Source: an uncultured SAR86 cluster bacterium
GTDB lineage: Bacteria > Pseudomonadota > Gammaproteobacteria > Magnimaribacterales > D2472
Length of the DNA stretch: 64,000 nucleotides
Direction of reading: 5' to 3'
Assembly (NCBI GenBank): GCA_902551185.1
Contig: CACDCN010000002.1
Location: 22,616-86,615 of the forward strand
Shown: piece after piece, positions 7,766 through 16,833 of the stretch
How positions within the stretch are numbered: position 1 is the first letter of the stretch
Layout: every line of letters begins with the position of its first letter
Translations under genes and position numbers: made by a program
The notes under the pieces: generated by a model
The model's input: the letters and a program-made list of their open reading frames with translations, nothing else
Database searches by the model: none
Told to the model about the DNA's origin: nothing

Positions 7766-8979
7766 AACCTTTCAGGAACTTCTTTAGTTGTTTCATATTT
7801 TGAATAAATTGGCATTAATAAAAAATATGCAAAATATATGACAGTGCAAATAACACTCATAGTTTTTCTGATCTCAGTAACTCCTACTGTTCCTAAATAT
7901 CCTAATGTTAAAAAACTTACTCCAAATAAAGTTATTGCGATCTTGCTGTAGATTCCTTTATATCTAATTGATGCAACCTTACTTCTATCAAGCCATGGAA
8001 CGATAAAGAATATTGCTACTGCGGACGCCATAACAATCAAACCACCTAAAGGGTCAGGAATAGCTCTAAGCATTGTATAAAAGGGCGCGTAATACCATAC
8101 CGGTGCAATATGATCAGGTGTTACAAGAGGATTGGCCTCTTGAAAGTTAGCCATTTCAATAAAATAACCGCCACCTTCTGGAAAGAAAAACATAATAATC
8201 GAGAAAACTGTCATAAAAACACCTATCGCCACTAAAGCATTAAGAACCTTGTAAGGAAAAAATGGGACACTATCAAGCGGAACCCCATCATCATCAAGAT
8301 ATTTCTCAATATCTACACCTTCTGGATTGCCAGCCCCTACTTCATGTAAGGCAACTAAATGAAGAAATACTAAAGCTATTAAAACTAGTGGAAGAGCTAC
8401 TACATGTAATGCAAAGAATCGTGAAACAGTTATACCTGAAATATAATAGTCACCTCTTACCCATAATTCTAAAGATTCTCCAATATACGGAATAGCTCCA
8501 AATAGTGAAATAATTACTTGTGCTCCCCAATATGACATTTGACCATATGGTAAAACATAGCCTAAAAATCCCTCTGCCATCATTGCCAGATATATAGTAC
8601 ATCCAAAAATCCAAACTAATTCTTTTGGTTTTTGATAAGAGCCATATAAGAGTCCTCTAAACATATGTAAATACACAACAGCAAAAAATAATGATGCTCC
8701 TGTTGTATGCATATATCTAATCACCCATCCATAATCAACATCTCTCATAATATACTCAATTGAAGAAAATGCCTGTTCTTCTGTATTTGAGTAAGGCATT
8801 ATTAGCCAAATACCTGTTACTATTTGAATAATTAACGTTACAGCAGCCAATGCCCCAAATAAATACCAAAAATTAACTTTTGATGGAACAGGATGTTTTG
8901 AAAGATGTCTTTCAAATGTATTTACAATTGGTAATCTTTTATTTAGCCAAGAAAATAATTTAGTAGCAATTTCAGCCAT
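7762..8979 (-). CDS. petB: Cytochrome b of the bc1 complex
   Basis: Typical cytochrome b sequence (WYLFGALA, RYMHTTGAS, multiple TM helices). I prefer the start at 8979 (MAEIATK...) because AAGGAG lies 8 nt upstream and it avoids a 23-nt overlap with petA. The ORF-track start is 9003. Confidence 0.93.
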   Translation of the reverse strand: MAEIATKLFSWLNKRLPIVNTFERHLSKHPVPSKVNFWYLFGALAAVTLIIQIVTGIWLIMPYSNTEEQAFSSIEYIMRDVDYGWVIRYMHTTGASLFFAVVYLHMFRGLLYGSYQKPKELVWIFGCTIYLAMMAEGFLGYVLPYGQMSYWGAQVIISLFGAIPYIGESLELWVRGDYYISGITVSRFFALHVVALPLVLIALVFLHLVALHEVGAGNPEGVDIEKYLDDDGVPLDSVPFFPYKVLNALVAIGVFMTVFSIIMFFFPEGGGYFIEMANFQEANPLVTPDHIAPVWYYAPFYTMLRAIPDPLGGLIVMASAVAIFFIVPWLDRSKVASIRYKGIYSKIAITLFGVSFLTLGYLGTVGVTEIRKTMSVICTVIYFAYFLLMPIYSKYETTKEVPERL

Positions 8980-8980
8980 T

Positions 8981-9562
8981 TTATAACTCCTTATCCTCTC
9001 CAATTGTTAATATACTTCCTTCAAACATATGCGGAGGTACTATTAAATTTGTAGGTGCTGGGACACCCTTAAAAACTCTTCCAACTATATCAAACATTGA
9101 TCCATGACAAGGACAAAAAAAGCCACCATTCCATGTTGCATCCCATGGTTTTGATTCAACCTCAGGAAAATATTTTGGCGCACAGCCCAAATGAGTACAA
9201 ACACCAGAAAAGACAGAATATTCAGGACTTCGAGATCTTGAAGCATTTAGACCTTTGTAAGGCTCTTCAATTTGATCTGAATTTGGATCAGCTAATTTGG
9301 ATACACTTAAATCTAAACTAGCTAAACTTTCTTTGGTGTGCCTAACAATAAACACTGGCTGTTTTCTCCATGCAACTTGTATTTGTTGACCATATTGCAT
9401 CTTTGATACATCTAATTTGACTGGTGCTCCAGCTGCTTTAGCTTTTGCACTTGGGTTCCATGCAGCTATAAAAGGTGTTGCAGCAAAAGGCAAACCCGAT
9501 AAACCTACAGCACTTGTTAGGCCAATCAAAACCTTTCTTCTTGTTTTATCTTTTTCTTGCAT
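8981..9562 (-). CDS. petA: Rieske iron-sulfur subunit of the bc1 complex
   Basis: Tat-like N-terminus (TRRKVL) and the Rieske motifs CTHLGC and CPCHGS. Confidence 0.95.
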   Translation of the reverse strand: MQEKDKTRRKVLIGLTSAVGLSGLPFAATPFIAAWNPSAKAKAAGAPVKLDVSKMQYGQQIQVAWRKQPVFIVRHTKESLASLDLSVSKLADPNSDQIEEPYKGLNASRSRSPEYSVFSGVCTHLGCAPKYFPEVESKPWDATWNGGFFCPCHGSMFDIVGRVFKGVPAPTNLIVPPHMFEGSILTIGEDKEL

Positions 9563-9594
9563 TTAGGATGTGTGCTACTCAAAATAACAGCAAA

Positions 9595-9603
9595 ATTATA
9601 TCA
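9595..9603 (-). promoter_or_regulatory. Candidate extended -10 promoter element (TGATATAAT) for petABC
   Basis: The minus strand reads TGaTATAAT about 33 nt upstream of the petA ATG, in the 99-nt rpsI-petA spacer. No good -35 is present. Confidence 0.35.
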
Positions 9604-9661
9604 TAATTCAGTACTATAAAATCTGCTTATAAATAGAAATAACTTTGAATAAAGTAGAGGT

Positions 9662-10054
9662 TTATCTTTTAGAAAACTGTTTACTTTTTCTTGCTTTAAC
9701 CAAGCCAGGCTTCTTTCTTTCAACTTTTCTAGGATCTCGTGTTAAAAGACCAGCCTTCTTAAGTTGAGGTCTTAAATCTTCATCATATTTTGTTAATGCT
9801 CTTGAAATGCCGTGCCTAATTGCGCCAGCCTGACCAAAATTACCGCCGCCCTTAACTTTGATATCAATATCAACTTTTTCAACTAAATCTACAAGCTCTA
9901 ATGGCTGGATTACTAACATTTGAGCAACCTTTCTGCCAAAATAATCATCAAGCTTACTATCATTTACAACAATATTACCCTTACCCTTTTTTAGATATAT
10001 TCTAGCTGATGAAGTTTTTCTTCTTCCTGTTGCGTAATGGACTTCTTTACTCAT
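9662..10054 (-). CDS. rpsI: 30S ribosomal protein S9
   Basis: [16 protein letters not shown]...[19 protein letters not shown]...RKVERKK.GL.KARK..QFSKR. Confidence 0.97.
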   Translation of the reverse strand: MSKEVHYATGRRKTSSARIYLKKGKGNIVVNDSKLDDYFGRKVAQMLVIQPLELVDLVEKVDIDIKVKGGGNFGQAGAIRHGISRALTKYDEDLRPQLKKAGLLTRDPRKVERKKPGLVKARKSKQFSKR

Positions 10055-10485
10055 AAACTAGGATTCCATTCTATTGGCTTTTGAGATTCATGGTTATGTT
10101 CTGAACCTCTGTAAACTTTTAACTTCTTAATCATTGATCTGCCTAATTTATTTTTTGGCAGCATGCCTTTGACAGCCTCTTCTATAACTCTCTCCGGATT
10201 ATCTTTATTCAAATCTTTAAATGTTTTTGTTTTTAGGCCACCAGGATATAAAGAGTGACGATAGTATTTTTTGTCTGTAAATTTAGAGCCAGTTACTTTT
10301 ATCTTCTCAGCGTTTATAACAACTACATAATCACCTCCATCAGTATGAGGTGTAAAAGTGGGTTTATCTTTTCCTCTTATCTTATCAGCAATTTTAGTAG
10401 CAACTCTGCCAAGAATCTTATCTGTAGCATCAAGCAAAAACCAGTTTCTTTCAACTTCTTCTTTTTTTAATGTGTAAGTTTTCAT
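10051..10485 (-). CDS. rplM: 50S ribosomal protein L13
   Basis: [30 protein letters not shown] aligns with the E. coli L13 N-terminus. The 17-codon upstream extension in the ORF track (to 10536) is not homologous. Confidence 0.96.
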   Translation of the reverse strand: MKTYTLKKEEVERNWFLLDATDKILGRVATKIADKIRGKDKPTFTPHTDGGDYVVVINAEKIKVTGSKFTDKKYYRHSLYPGGLKTKTFKDLNKDNPERVIEEAVKGMLPKNKLGRSMIKKLKVYRGSEHNHESQKPIEWNPSL

Positions 10486-10507
10486 AATCATTTGATTTGA
10501 GAAGAGA

Positions 10508-10536
10508 ATATTAATGTTAACTTCGAAATATAGCAA
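10508..10536 (-). promoter_or_regulatory. Candidate sigma70 promoter for rplM-rpsI
   Basis: The minus strand reads TTGCTA-17 nt-TAATAT, about 22 nt upstream of the rplM ATG. Confidence 0.35.
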
Positions 10537-10559
10537 TATTTATGCATATAAATTTACTT

Positions 10560-11600
10560 TTATTTATCTTCTAAATAATCATAATTTTTCATTTCAGATA
10601 GCCTGCTAGCACACCTCTTCCATAAGATATCTAATTTTGTTCCAGTATATATGCTTGGGATATCTATATTATTAAAAAAAAATTTAACTTTAGTTTTTTC
10701 TTTATACGCAATGTCGATAAAGGATATAAACCTTCTAATAATATCAATTGAGTCATCATCAAAAGATTCAAAATTATTAATAAAAATCCAATCGAACTTA
10801 TCACAAATAAATTTATAGTCTTTTGTTCCAGTAGCTTCTTTAAAAAAACTATTAAATTCAATCCATAAAAGATTATTTAGTACGATCTTACATTTAAACT
10901 TTCTGTTATTGATACTTAATATATTATTTGAAGCATCGTCAACACCAAAATTTTCTTTAATTAGCGCAATTATTTTTTCTTCTGAAAACATACCTCTGCT
11001 ATCTTTTTTATCTAACTCAATAATATTCTTTGTTCTGTAATCAATGCCTCCATCTAATTCATAGATTTCTATTTTTTCTTTTAATAAATTTATTGATTTT
11101 AAAAATTTTTGTCTTTGTAAGCCATCCTTGTAAAGATCATCCGGATGCACATTTGAGGTAAGAATAAGCTTAGTGCCTGAATCTAAAAGACTTATTAAAA
11201 GGTCTCCTATTATCATTGCATCAGCAACATCCTCAACTTGAAACTCATCAATAAATATTAAACTGTTTTTTTTATTAATACTCTTAGAAACTTTTTTAAG
11301 CGGATTCTTTAGGCCAGAATGTTTATTTAATTCATTATGAATAAAATTTATAAAATCTATATAGTGAAAACTAGCAATACCTTCTCTTTCAATGCTATAA
11401 AGAAATGATTGAGTGATTAGTGTTTTACCCCTTCCTACATCTCCCCATATATACAACCCTTGATTGTCATTTTTGGTATTAAATATATTTCTCTTTTTAT
11501 TAGTGATAGTACCTAATTTTTCTAATAAATTGATTTGGGACAAATCTGGATTTGCTCCTTGGTTTTTTAGCACATCAATGATATTTTGGATACTTAACAT
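10560..11600 (-). CDS. zapE: Cell division protein ZapE (AFG1-like ATPase, YhcM)
   Basis: Walker A GDVGRGKT and Walker B LIFIDEFQV. It lies next to rplM-rpsI, as in E. coli and Pseudomonas. Confidence 0.85.
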   Translation of the reverse strand: MLSIQNIIDVLKNQGANPDLSQINLLEKLGTITNKKRNIFNTKNDNQGLYIWGDVGRGKTLITQSFLYSIEREGIASFHYIDFINFIHNELNKHSGLKNPLKKVSKSINKKNSLIFIDEFQVEDVADAMIIGDLLISLLDSGTKLILTSNVHPDDLYKDGLQRQKFLKSINLLKEKIEIYELDGGIDYRTKNIIELDKKDSRGMFSEEKIIALIKENFGVDDASNNILSINNRKFKCKIVLNNLLWIEFNSFFKEATGTKDYKFICDKFDWIFINNFESFDDDSIDIIRRFISFIDIAYKEKTKVKFFFNNIDIPSIYTGTKLDILWKRCASRLSEMKNYDYLEDK

Positions 11601-11601
11601 T

Positions 11602-12579
11602 ATGAAATTTCTTCAAACATACGGACTTAGTTATATATTAGTAATATTATTAACTTTTGCAGGAACATGGTACTTTATATCCAATGATAAAAACAAATTG
11701 GTGTCAGCATCTGAAAAATCAATAACTTCTGTTGTAACAATTTCATCTTCTAATAATATCTCTTTTTCAGCCAGCCAGGGAGGCATTGGATCAGGCGTAA
11801 TTTTTTCTAATGATGGTTATATTGTTACCAATTTTCATATTCTTTCTGGAAAAAATATAAATGTAAAACTAAATAATGGTAATAATTATCCTGCTGCTGT
11901 AATAGGCATAGATAAGAATGCTGATATTGCTGTACTTAAAATTAATACAAATGAAGAGCTTAGTCCTATTAATATCGCAGATTCAAACAATCTTAGAATT
12001 GGTGATAAAGTTTTAGCAATTGGTAATCCTTATGGAATAGGCATATCAGTATCAAATGGGATTATTAGTGCAACTGGAAGAGATTATGGAAATCCATACT
12101 TACAATTAATTCAAACAGATGCAGCAATAAACCCAGGTAACTCTGGTGGCGCTTTGATAAATGAAAATGGTAATTTAATTGGCATTAATTCAAAAATTTT
12201 TTCTAGAACTGGTGCATACCAAGGAATCGGTTTTGCAATTCCCTCTAATCTAGTTGTTCAGATTGCAACTCAATTAATTAGATTTGGTAAAGTCAAAAAT
12301 CTTTGGATAGGTAATTTTAGAGTTGCAAGAGTGAGGCTAAATAACGATAACAAAATTGTTGATGGATTAAAGATAATAGAAATGGATGGTTTGGGACCAT
12401 TATATGAAAAAGGTATAAGAGTAAACGATATTATAATTGGTGTGAATGATGGAAATGGGAATTGGAAGAATTTAATTCAATCTTTAAGATTTGCCACTTT
12501 AGGCGAAGATCTTAAATTGGAATTCTTTACTACATCAAATGAATTTTTAACTTTCAAATTTACTTACGAAGAAAATTAA
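11602..12579 (+). CDS. degS: HtrA-family periplasmic serine endoprotease, DegS/AlgW-like (membrane anchor plus one PDZ)
   Basis: Catalytic triad contexts TNFHIL, DIAVLK and GNSGGAL, with a single C-terminal PDZ. I prefer the start MKFLQTYGLSYILV (TM anchor) at 11602. The ORF-track start at 11464 would overlap zapE by 137 nt. Confidence 0.82.
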   Translation: MKFLQTYGLSYILVILLTFAGTWYFISNDKNKLVSASEKSITSVVTISSSNNISFSASQGGIGSGVIFSNDGYIVTNFHILSGKNINVKLNNGNNYPAAVIGIDKNADIAVLKINTNEELSPINIADSNNLRIGDKVLAIGNPYGIGISVSNGIISATGRDYGNPYLQLIQTDAAINPGNSGGALINENGNLIGINSKIFSRTGAYQGIGFAIPSNLVVQIATQLIRFGKVKNLWIGNFRVARVRLNNDNKIVDGLKIIEMDGLGPLYEKGIRVNDIIIGVNDGNGNWKNLIQSLRFATLGEDLKLEFFTTSNEFLTFKFTYEEN

Positions 12580-12580
12580 C

Positions 12581-13840
12581 TTAACTCGGCAATCTAACAA
12601 TATCTGCGCCTAAATAATTTAATTTTTCTTCTATGCGCTCATAGCCTCTATCAATGTGATAAATCCTATCCACAACAGTTTCTCCTTTTGCACATAAGCC
12701 TGCAAGAATAAGACTAGCTGACGCCCTTAAATCTGTAGCCATAACCTCAGCCCCATAAATATTTTCAACACCATTTATTTTTGCATGATTTCCTTTCACC
12801 TCAATATCACAACCCATTCGATTTAATTCTAAAATATGCATAAATCTATTTTCAAAAACAGTCTCATAAATATTTGAGGTCCCATTAGAAATAGCATTAA
12901 TAACAGAGAATTGTGCTTGCATATCTGTTGGAAATTCTGGAAAGGGAGCTGTAGTAATATCAACAGGCTCTGGAATACTTTTTTTCATTGAAATTGAAAT
13001 AGATTTTTTATCATAACTCAACTTAGCTCCTGTATTTTCTAATTTATTAATAACTGTCATCAATCTTTCTGGGTTTATTCCATCGACAGTAATATCTCCT
13101 TTGGTAACTGCTGCAGCTACTAGATATGTTCCTGCCTCTATCCTATCTGCAGGTATATCATATACAGTACCTTTTAAGTTATTCACGCCTTCTATAATTA
13201 TTTCATCTGATCCAGCACCTTTAATTTTTGCACCCATAGAATTAAGCATATCTGCCAAATCAATAATTTCTGGCTCTTTGGCAACATTTGTAAGCTTTGA
13301 TGTACCTTCTGCAAGTGAAGCAGCCATCATCAAATTCTCGGTTCCAGTTACAGTAATTCCATCAAATCTTATTTCAGCTCCATGTAATTTTTTAGCCGTT
13401 GCTTCAATATAACCATTTTTTAGTTTTATTTTTGCTCCCATTTTTTTTAAAGCATCAAGATGAAAGTTGACTGGTCTAGTGCCTATAGCGCAACCACCAG
13501 GCAAAGCAATCTTTGCTTTACCATATTTTGCTATCAATGGGCCAAGTACTAATATGGATGCCCTCATTGTTTTCACTAATTCATATCTAGCCTCTATATC
13601 TTTTAGATTAGCTGACGAAATTGTAAAATCCATATTTTCATCAAGTAAAATTTCAGCTCCCATTGAACCCAATAATTCAAACATGGTTGTGATATCTTGA
13701 AGATAAGGCAGATTTCTAAGGGTAACTTTTTCGTCACATAATATAGTTGAAGCTATCATAGGTAATGCAGCATTTTTTGCTCCAGAACAAGAAATTTTTC
13801 CTTTTAGAGAGTTGCCACCTTTAATTAATAATTTTTCCAT
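12581..13840 (-). CDS. murA: UDP-N-acetylglucosamine 1-carboxyvinyltransferase
   Basis: Full-length MurA (GAKNAALP, active-site loop LPGGCAIGTRPV). Confidence 0.97.
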   Translation of the reverse strand: MEKLLIKGGNSLKGKISCSGAKNAALPMIASTILCDEKVTLRNLPYLQDITTMFELLGSMGAEILLDENMDFTISSANLKDIEARYELVKTMRASILVLGPLIAKYGKAKIALPGGCAIGTRPVNFHLDALKKMGAKIKLKNGYIEATAKKLHGAEIRFDGITVTGTENLMMAASLAEGTSKLTNVAKEPEIIDLADMLNSMGAKIKGAGSDEIIIEGVNNLKGTVYDIPADRIEAGTYLVAAAVTKGDITVDGINPERLMTVINKLENTGAKLSYDKKSISISMKKSIPEPVDITTAPFPEFPTDMQAQFSVINAISNGTSNIYETVFENRFMHILELNRMGCDIEVKGNHAKINGVENIYGAEVMATDLRASASLILAGLCAKGETVVDRIYHIDRGYERIEEKLNYLGADIVRLPS

Positions 13841-13842
13841 AT

Positions 13843-14058
13843 TTAACTTGTTCTTGTTTCCAGGCTAAGCGCGTGCAAGTCACCAGACTGGAATTTACCT
13901 TCAAGAAGTTTCATTATCTTCTTGTGCTGATCAATTAGAGGCATTTCTGTAAAAACACTAGAAATTACAATTAATCTTAGATTGCATGAATCGCCTTCGA
14001 ATGAACAAATAGCATCAGGTATATTCTCTAATATAATTTTTTTTATTATATCTTCCAT
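13843..14058 (-). CDS. ibaG: BolA-family protein IbaG (YrbA)
   Basis: 71 aa with a BolA-like ...QHKKIMKLL...LHALSL motif. It lies immediately upstream of murA, as in E. coli. Confidence 0.8.
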   Translation of the reverse strand: MEDIIKKIILENIPDAICSFEGDSCNLRLIVISSVFTEMPLIDQHKKIMKLLEGKFQSGDLHALSLETRTS

Positions 14059-14685
14059 TTATGAAATACCTGCATCACCCGCATCTGAAACCCAATTTTT
14101 AAGAGTTAATTCAATGTTCTCATCATAAGAAATTGCTAATGCTTGAAATTGATTTCTAAAAGTTAGCCCTAGATTGACTCCATTGATAATAATATTAACA
14201 ATTTTCCAACCCTCATCACTCTTCCTTAATTTATATGAAATTGGATATTGGCTATTTCCGGTATCAAGCGTTTGTCTTACTTCTACATTTTTAATATCTA
14301 AATCTAATTCAGATTTAGGATATATAGTTGTTATAGTTGAATCGCCCCATTGCGCCAAAGTCTCAGCATATGTATCTAATAATGAATCTTTAAAAATTGA
14401 TACAAATTCTGATCTCTGATTTTTACTAGCCAATAGATAATATTTTTTTCCCATAACACTTGCTGCAACTCTTCTAAAATCTATCATTGGCTCAAATATT
14501 TCTTTTATCTTATCTTCATATATGGTCCTATTTAATTCAAAAAGATCTGAATCATTTATAAGCACTTGAACCATTTTTTGAGCATTCTTATCTATAAATA
14601 AATAAGGATCTTCGTCAGATCTTATAAAAATCGAGAAAAATATAAATGAAAAAATAAAGAAATAGTTTTTATGTAAATGCAACAT
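14059..14685 (-). CDS. mlaC: Phospholipid-binding periplasmic protein MlaC (Ttg2D family)
   Basis: Signal peptide and the toluene-tolerance family pattern (FRRVAASVMGKKY...FKDSLLDTYA...YKLRK..EGWKIVNIIINGVNL). Its stop abuts the ibaG start. Confidence 0.85.
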   Translation of the reverse strand: MLHLHKNYFFIFSFIFFSIFIRSDEDPYLFIDKNAQKMVQVLINDSDLFELNRTIYEDKIKEIFEPMIDFRRVAASVMGKKYYLLASKNQRSEFVSIFKDSLLDTYAETLAQWGDSTITTIYPKSELDLDIKNVEVRQTLDTGNSQYPISYKLRKSDEGWKIVNIIINGVNLGLTFRNQFQALAISYDENIELTLKNWVSDAGDAGIS

Positions 14686-14701
14686 TGGTCTATTATAGCA
14701 T

Positions 14702-15697
14702 TTGAGTAAACATAAATTTTCGAAAAATTTTATGAAAAAATTTAATTACATAGCATCTGCAAAAAGAACTCTTAAGATTGAGTCTGACTCAATAAAGAGT
14801 CTAATGAGTCAGCTTGATAAATCTTTTGATGATCTATGCAATGCCGTTATCACATGTAAGGGCAAGATAGTGATAATGGGTGTTGGAAAATCTGGTCATA
14901 TTGCACAAAAAATTTCAGCTACACTTTCAAGCACAGGAACCCCATCTATTTTTATACACCCTACTGAGGCTGCTCATGGCGATATGGGTTTAATCAATAA
15001 AAAGGATATAGTTTTATTAATCTCAAATTCAGGTGAAACAGACGAGATAATAAATATTCTTGCTTCACTAAAAAGGCATACAAAAAAGATAGTTTCAATT
15101 TCAGGTAATAATAAATCAAAAATTGCAAAATCTGCTGATATAAAAATCCAACTTAATTCTAAAAAAGAAGCATGCCCATTAGATCTAGCTCCAACATCAT
15201 CAACAACTAATGCATTAGCCTTTGGAGATGCTCTTGCAATTTCGCTTCTAGAGGCAAAAGGTTTCACAAAAAACGATTTTGCTCATTCACACCCAGCAGG
15301 AAAATTAGGAAAAAAATTAATTACTAGAGTAGAAGATTTAATGCATAAAGGAAATTCAATACCAAAAGTAACTCCGAACACCTTACTTGATAAAGCATTA
15401 TTAGAGATAACTAAAAAAAATCTTGGGATAACTCTCGTAATAGATAAGTCTAAGGTTATAGGGATATTTACGGATGGTGACCTAAGAAGATGTATTAATA
15501 AAAAAGTTAACATTCAAAATACTCAGATTAATAAAGTGATGACTAAAACTTTTAAAACCATTGGATCAGATGCATTAGCAGTAGATGCAGCAGAAATAAT
15601 GGAGAATAATAAAATATTTACTCTTGTAGTAATGAAAAAAAATAAATACGTTGGAGTAATTTCAATGCATGATTTAATTGAAGCAAGGATACTTTAA
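14702..15697 (+). CDS. kdsD: Arabinose-5-phosphate isomerase KdsD (SIS plus tandem CBS domains)
   Basis: GKIVIMGVGKSGHIAQKISATLSSTGTPSIFIHPTEAAHGDMG, plus a C-terminal CBS pair. The ORF-track start is a TTG at 14702. The ATG at 14732 (MKKFNY...) is an equally plausible start. Confidence 0.92.
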   Translation: MSKHKFSKNFMKKFNYIASAKRTLKIESDSIKSLMSQLDKSFDDLCNAVITCKGKIVIMGVGKSGHIAQKISATLSSTGTPSIFIHPTEAAHGDMGLINKKDIVLLISNSGETDEIINILASLKRHTKKIVSISGNNKSKIAKSADIKIQLNSKKEACPLDLAPTSSTTNALAFGDALAISLLEAKGFTKNDFAHSHPAGKLGKKLITRVEDLMHKGNSIPKVTPNTLLDKALLEITKKNLGITLVIDKSKVIGIFTDGDLRRCINKKVNIQNTQINKVMTKTFKTIGSDALAVDAAEIMENNKIFTLVVMKKNKYVGVISMHDLIEARIL

Positions 15698-16108
15698 TTG
15701 AAGAATTTTTATTTCTTACTATTTGTACTATCTTGTATTTCAATAGAATTATCATCAAGTTTTGATAATGATATTAGAATAAAGTCAGACGCTATTGAAT
15801 TTTTAGAAAAAAATAATCAAATCAATTTTCTTAATAATGTAGAAATTAATTCTGATTTTGTAAATATTAAGGCTGACTCAGCTGTTTATGATGATATTAA
15901 AGATATGATATCTATTTTAGGAAAACCATCAACAATTGAATCAAGTAAAGAAGACAACTCTTTTAATGGAAATGCTGAAGAAATCATATTTTTTAATAAT
16001 GAAAAAATTCATCTTATCGGTAATGCTTCCATGAAATACGAAAATATTTCTATTTCTTCAAATATAATAATTTTTAACCCAAGAACTGGAAAAATTTCTT
16101 CTGAGTAA
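15698..16108 (+). CDS. lptA: LPS transport periplasmic protein LptA-like (OstA N-terminal fold), short
   Basis: Signal-like N-terminus and a beta-jellyroll repeat pattern similar to LptA (IRIKSD...NNVEI...IKADSAVYD...GNASM). It lies directly upstream of lptB. The TTG start abuts the kdsD stop. Confidence 0.7.
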   Translation: MKNFYFLLFVLSCISIELSSSFDNDIRIKSDAIEFLEKNNQINFLNNVEINSDFVNIKADSAVYDDIKDMISILGKPSTIESSKEDNSFNGNAEEIIFFNNEKIHLIGNASMKYENISISSNIIIFNPRTGKISSE

Positions 16109-16114
16109 TTTATT

Positions 16115-16828
16115 GTGTTAGAAATAAAAAAAATATCAAAATCAATAAAGGATAAAACTATCCTCAATGAAATTAATATTAGAGTTGATTCAGGTAATAT
16201 ATGCGGACTTCTTGGGCCTAATGGTGCTGGGAAAACAACAACTTTTTATATAATTGCTGGATTAATAAGCTGTGAAAGTGGTGAGATTAATTTTTTAAAC
16301 CAAGATATCTCAAAGTTACCCATGCATAAAAGGTCTAAATTAGGAATTAAATATCTCCCTCAAGAACCATCTATTTTTCAAAACCTTTCTGTATATGAAA
16401 ACCTTTTAGGGCTAGCGGAGATGTCTTTTAATAACCAGAAAGATATTAAAAATTTTATTAATAAATCAATAGATGAATTTGATTTATCTGAGATATGTGA
16501 TCTAAAAGGAAGGCAGCTATCAGGAGGCCAAAGAAGAAAAGTAGAAATTGCAAGAACTTTAGCAGCTGAACCGAAAATAATTCTTTTAGATGAGCCTTTT
16601 GCAGGAATTGATCCTATTGCTATTAAAGATATTAAAAATGTTCTCAAAAAATTATCAGATAAAAATATTGGAATACTAATTACAGATCATAATGTAAGAG
16701 AAACATTGGAAATATGTAATCATGCAGCAATAATTAATAATGGTGAAATAATAGCCCAAGGAATTAAAGAAGAATTAATTAATAATGAATTAGTTAAAAA
16801 AGTTTATCTTGGAGATATGTATAGTTAA
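16115..16828 (+). CDS. lptB: LPS export ABC transporter ATPase LptB
   Basis: Walker [10 protein letters not shown], signature [13 protein letters not shown] and Walker B ILLDEP. GTG start. Confidence 0.95.
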   Translation: MLEIKKISKSIKDKTILNEINIRVDSGNICGLLGPNGAGKTTTFYIIAGLISCESGEINFLNQDISKLPMHKRSKLGIKYLPQEPSIFQNLSVYENLLGLAEMSFNNQKDIKNFINKSIDEFDLSEICDLKGRQLSGGQRRKVEIARTLAAEPKIILLDEPFAGIDPIAIKDIKNVLKKLSDKNIGILITDHNVRETLEICNHAAIINNGEIIAQGIKEELINNELVKKVYLGDMYS

Positions 16829-16833
16829 GACAT

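Noticed and set aside
10664-10861. 65-aa minus-strand ORF inside zapE (same strand, different frame), and an 81-aa ORF at 5338-5583 antisense to the lpoA-like gene.
   Set aside because: Both are embedded in better-supported genes and have no independent signals.
11464-11601. N-terminal extensions implied by the longest-ORF starts: degS 11464, rplM 10536, petB 9003, rimP 48357, MaoC 27944 and pth 37775.
   Set aside because: Each extension overlaps the neighbouring gene or RNA element, and none is homologous to the known N-termini. In each case a downstream start either aligns with orthologue N-termini (rplM, pth, rimP, petB with its AAGGAG SD) or immediately follows the upstream stop (MaoC).
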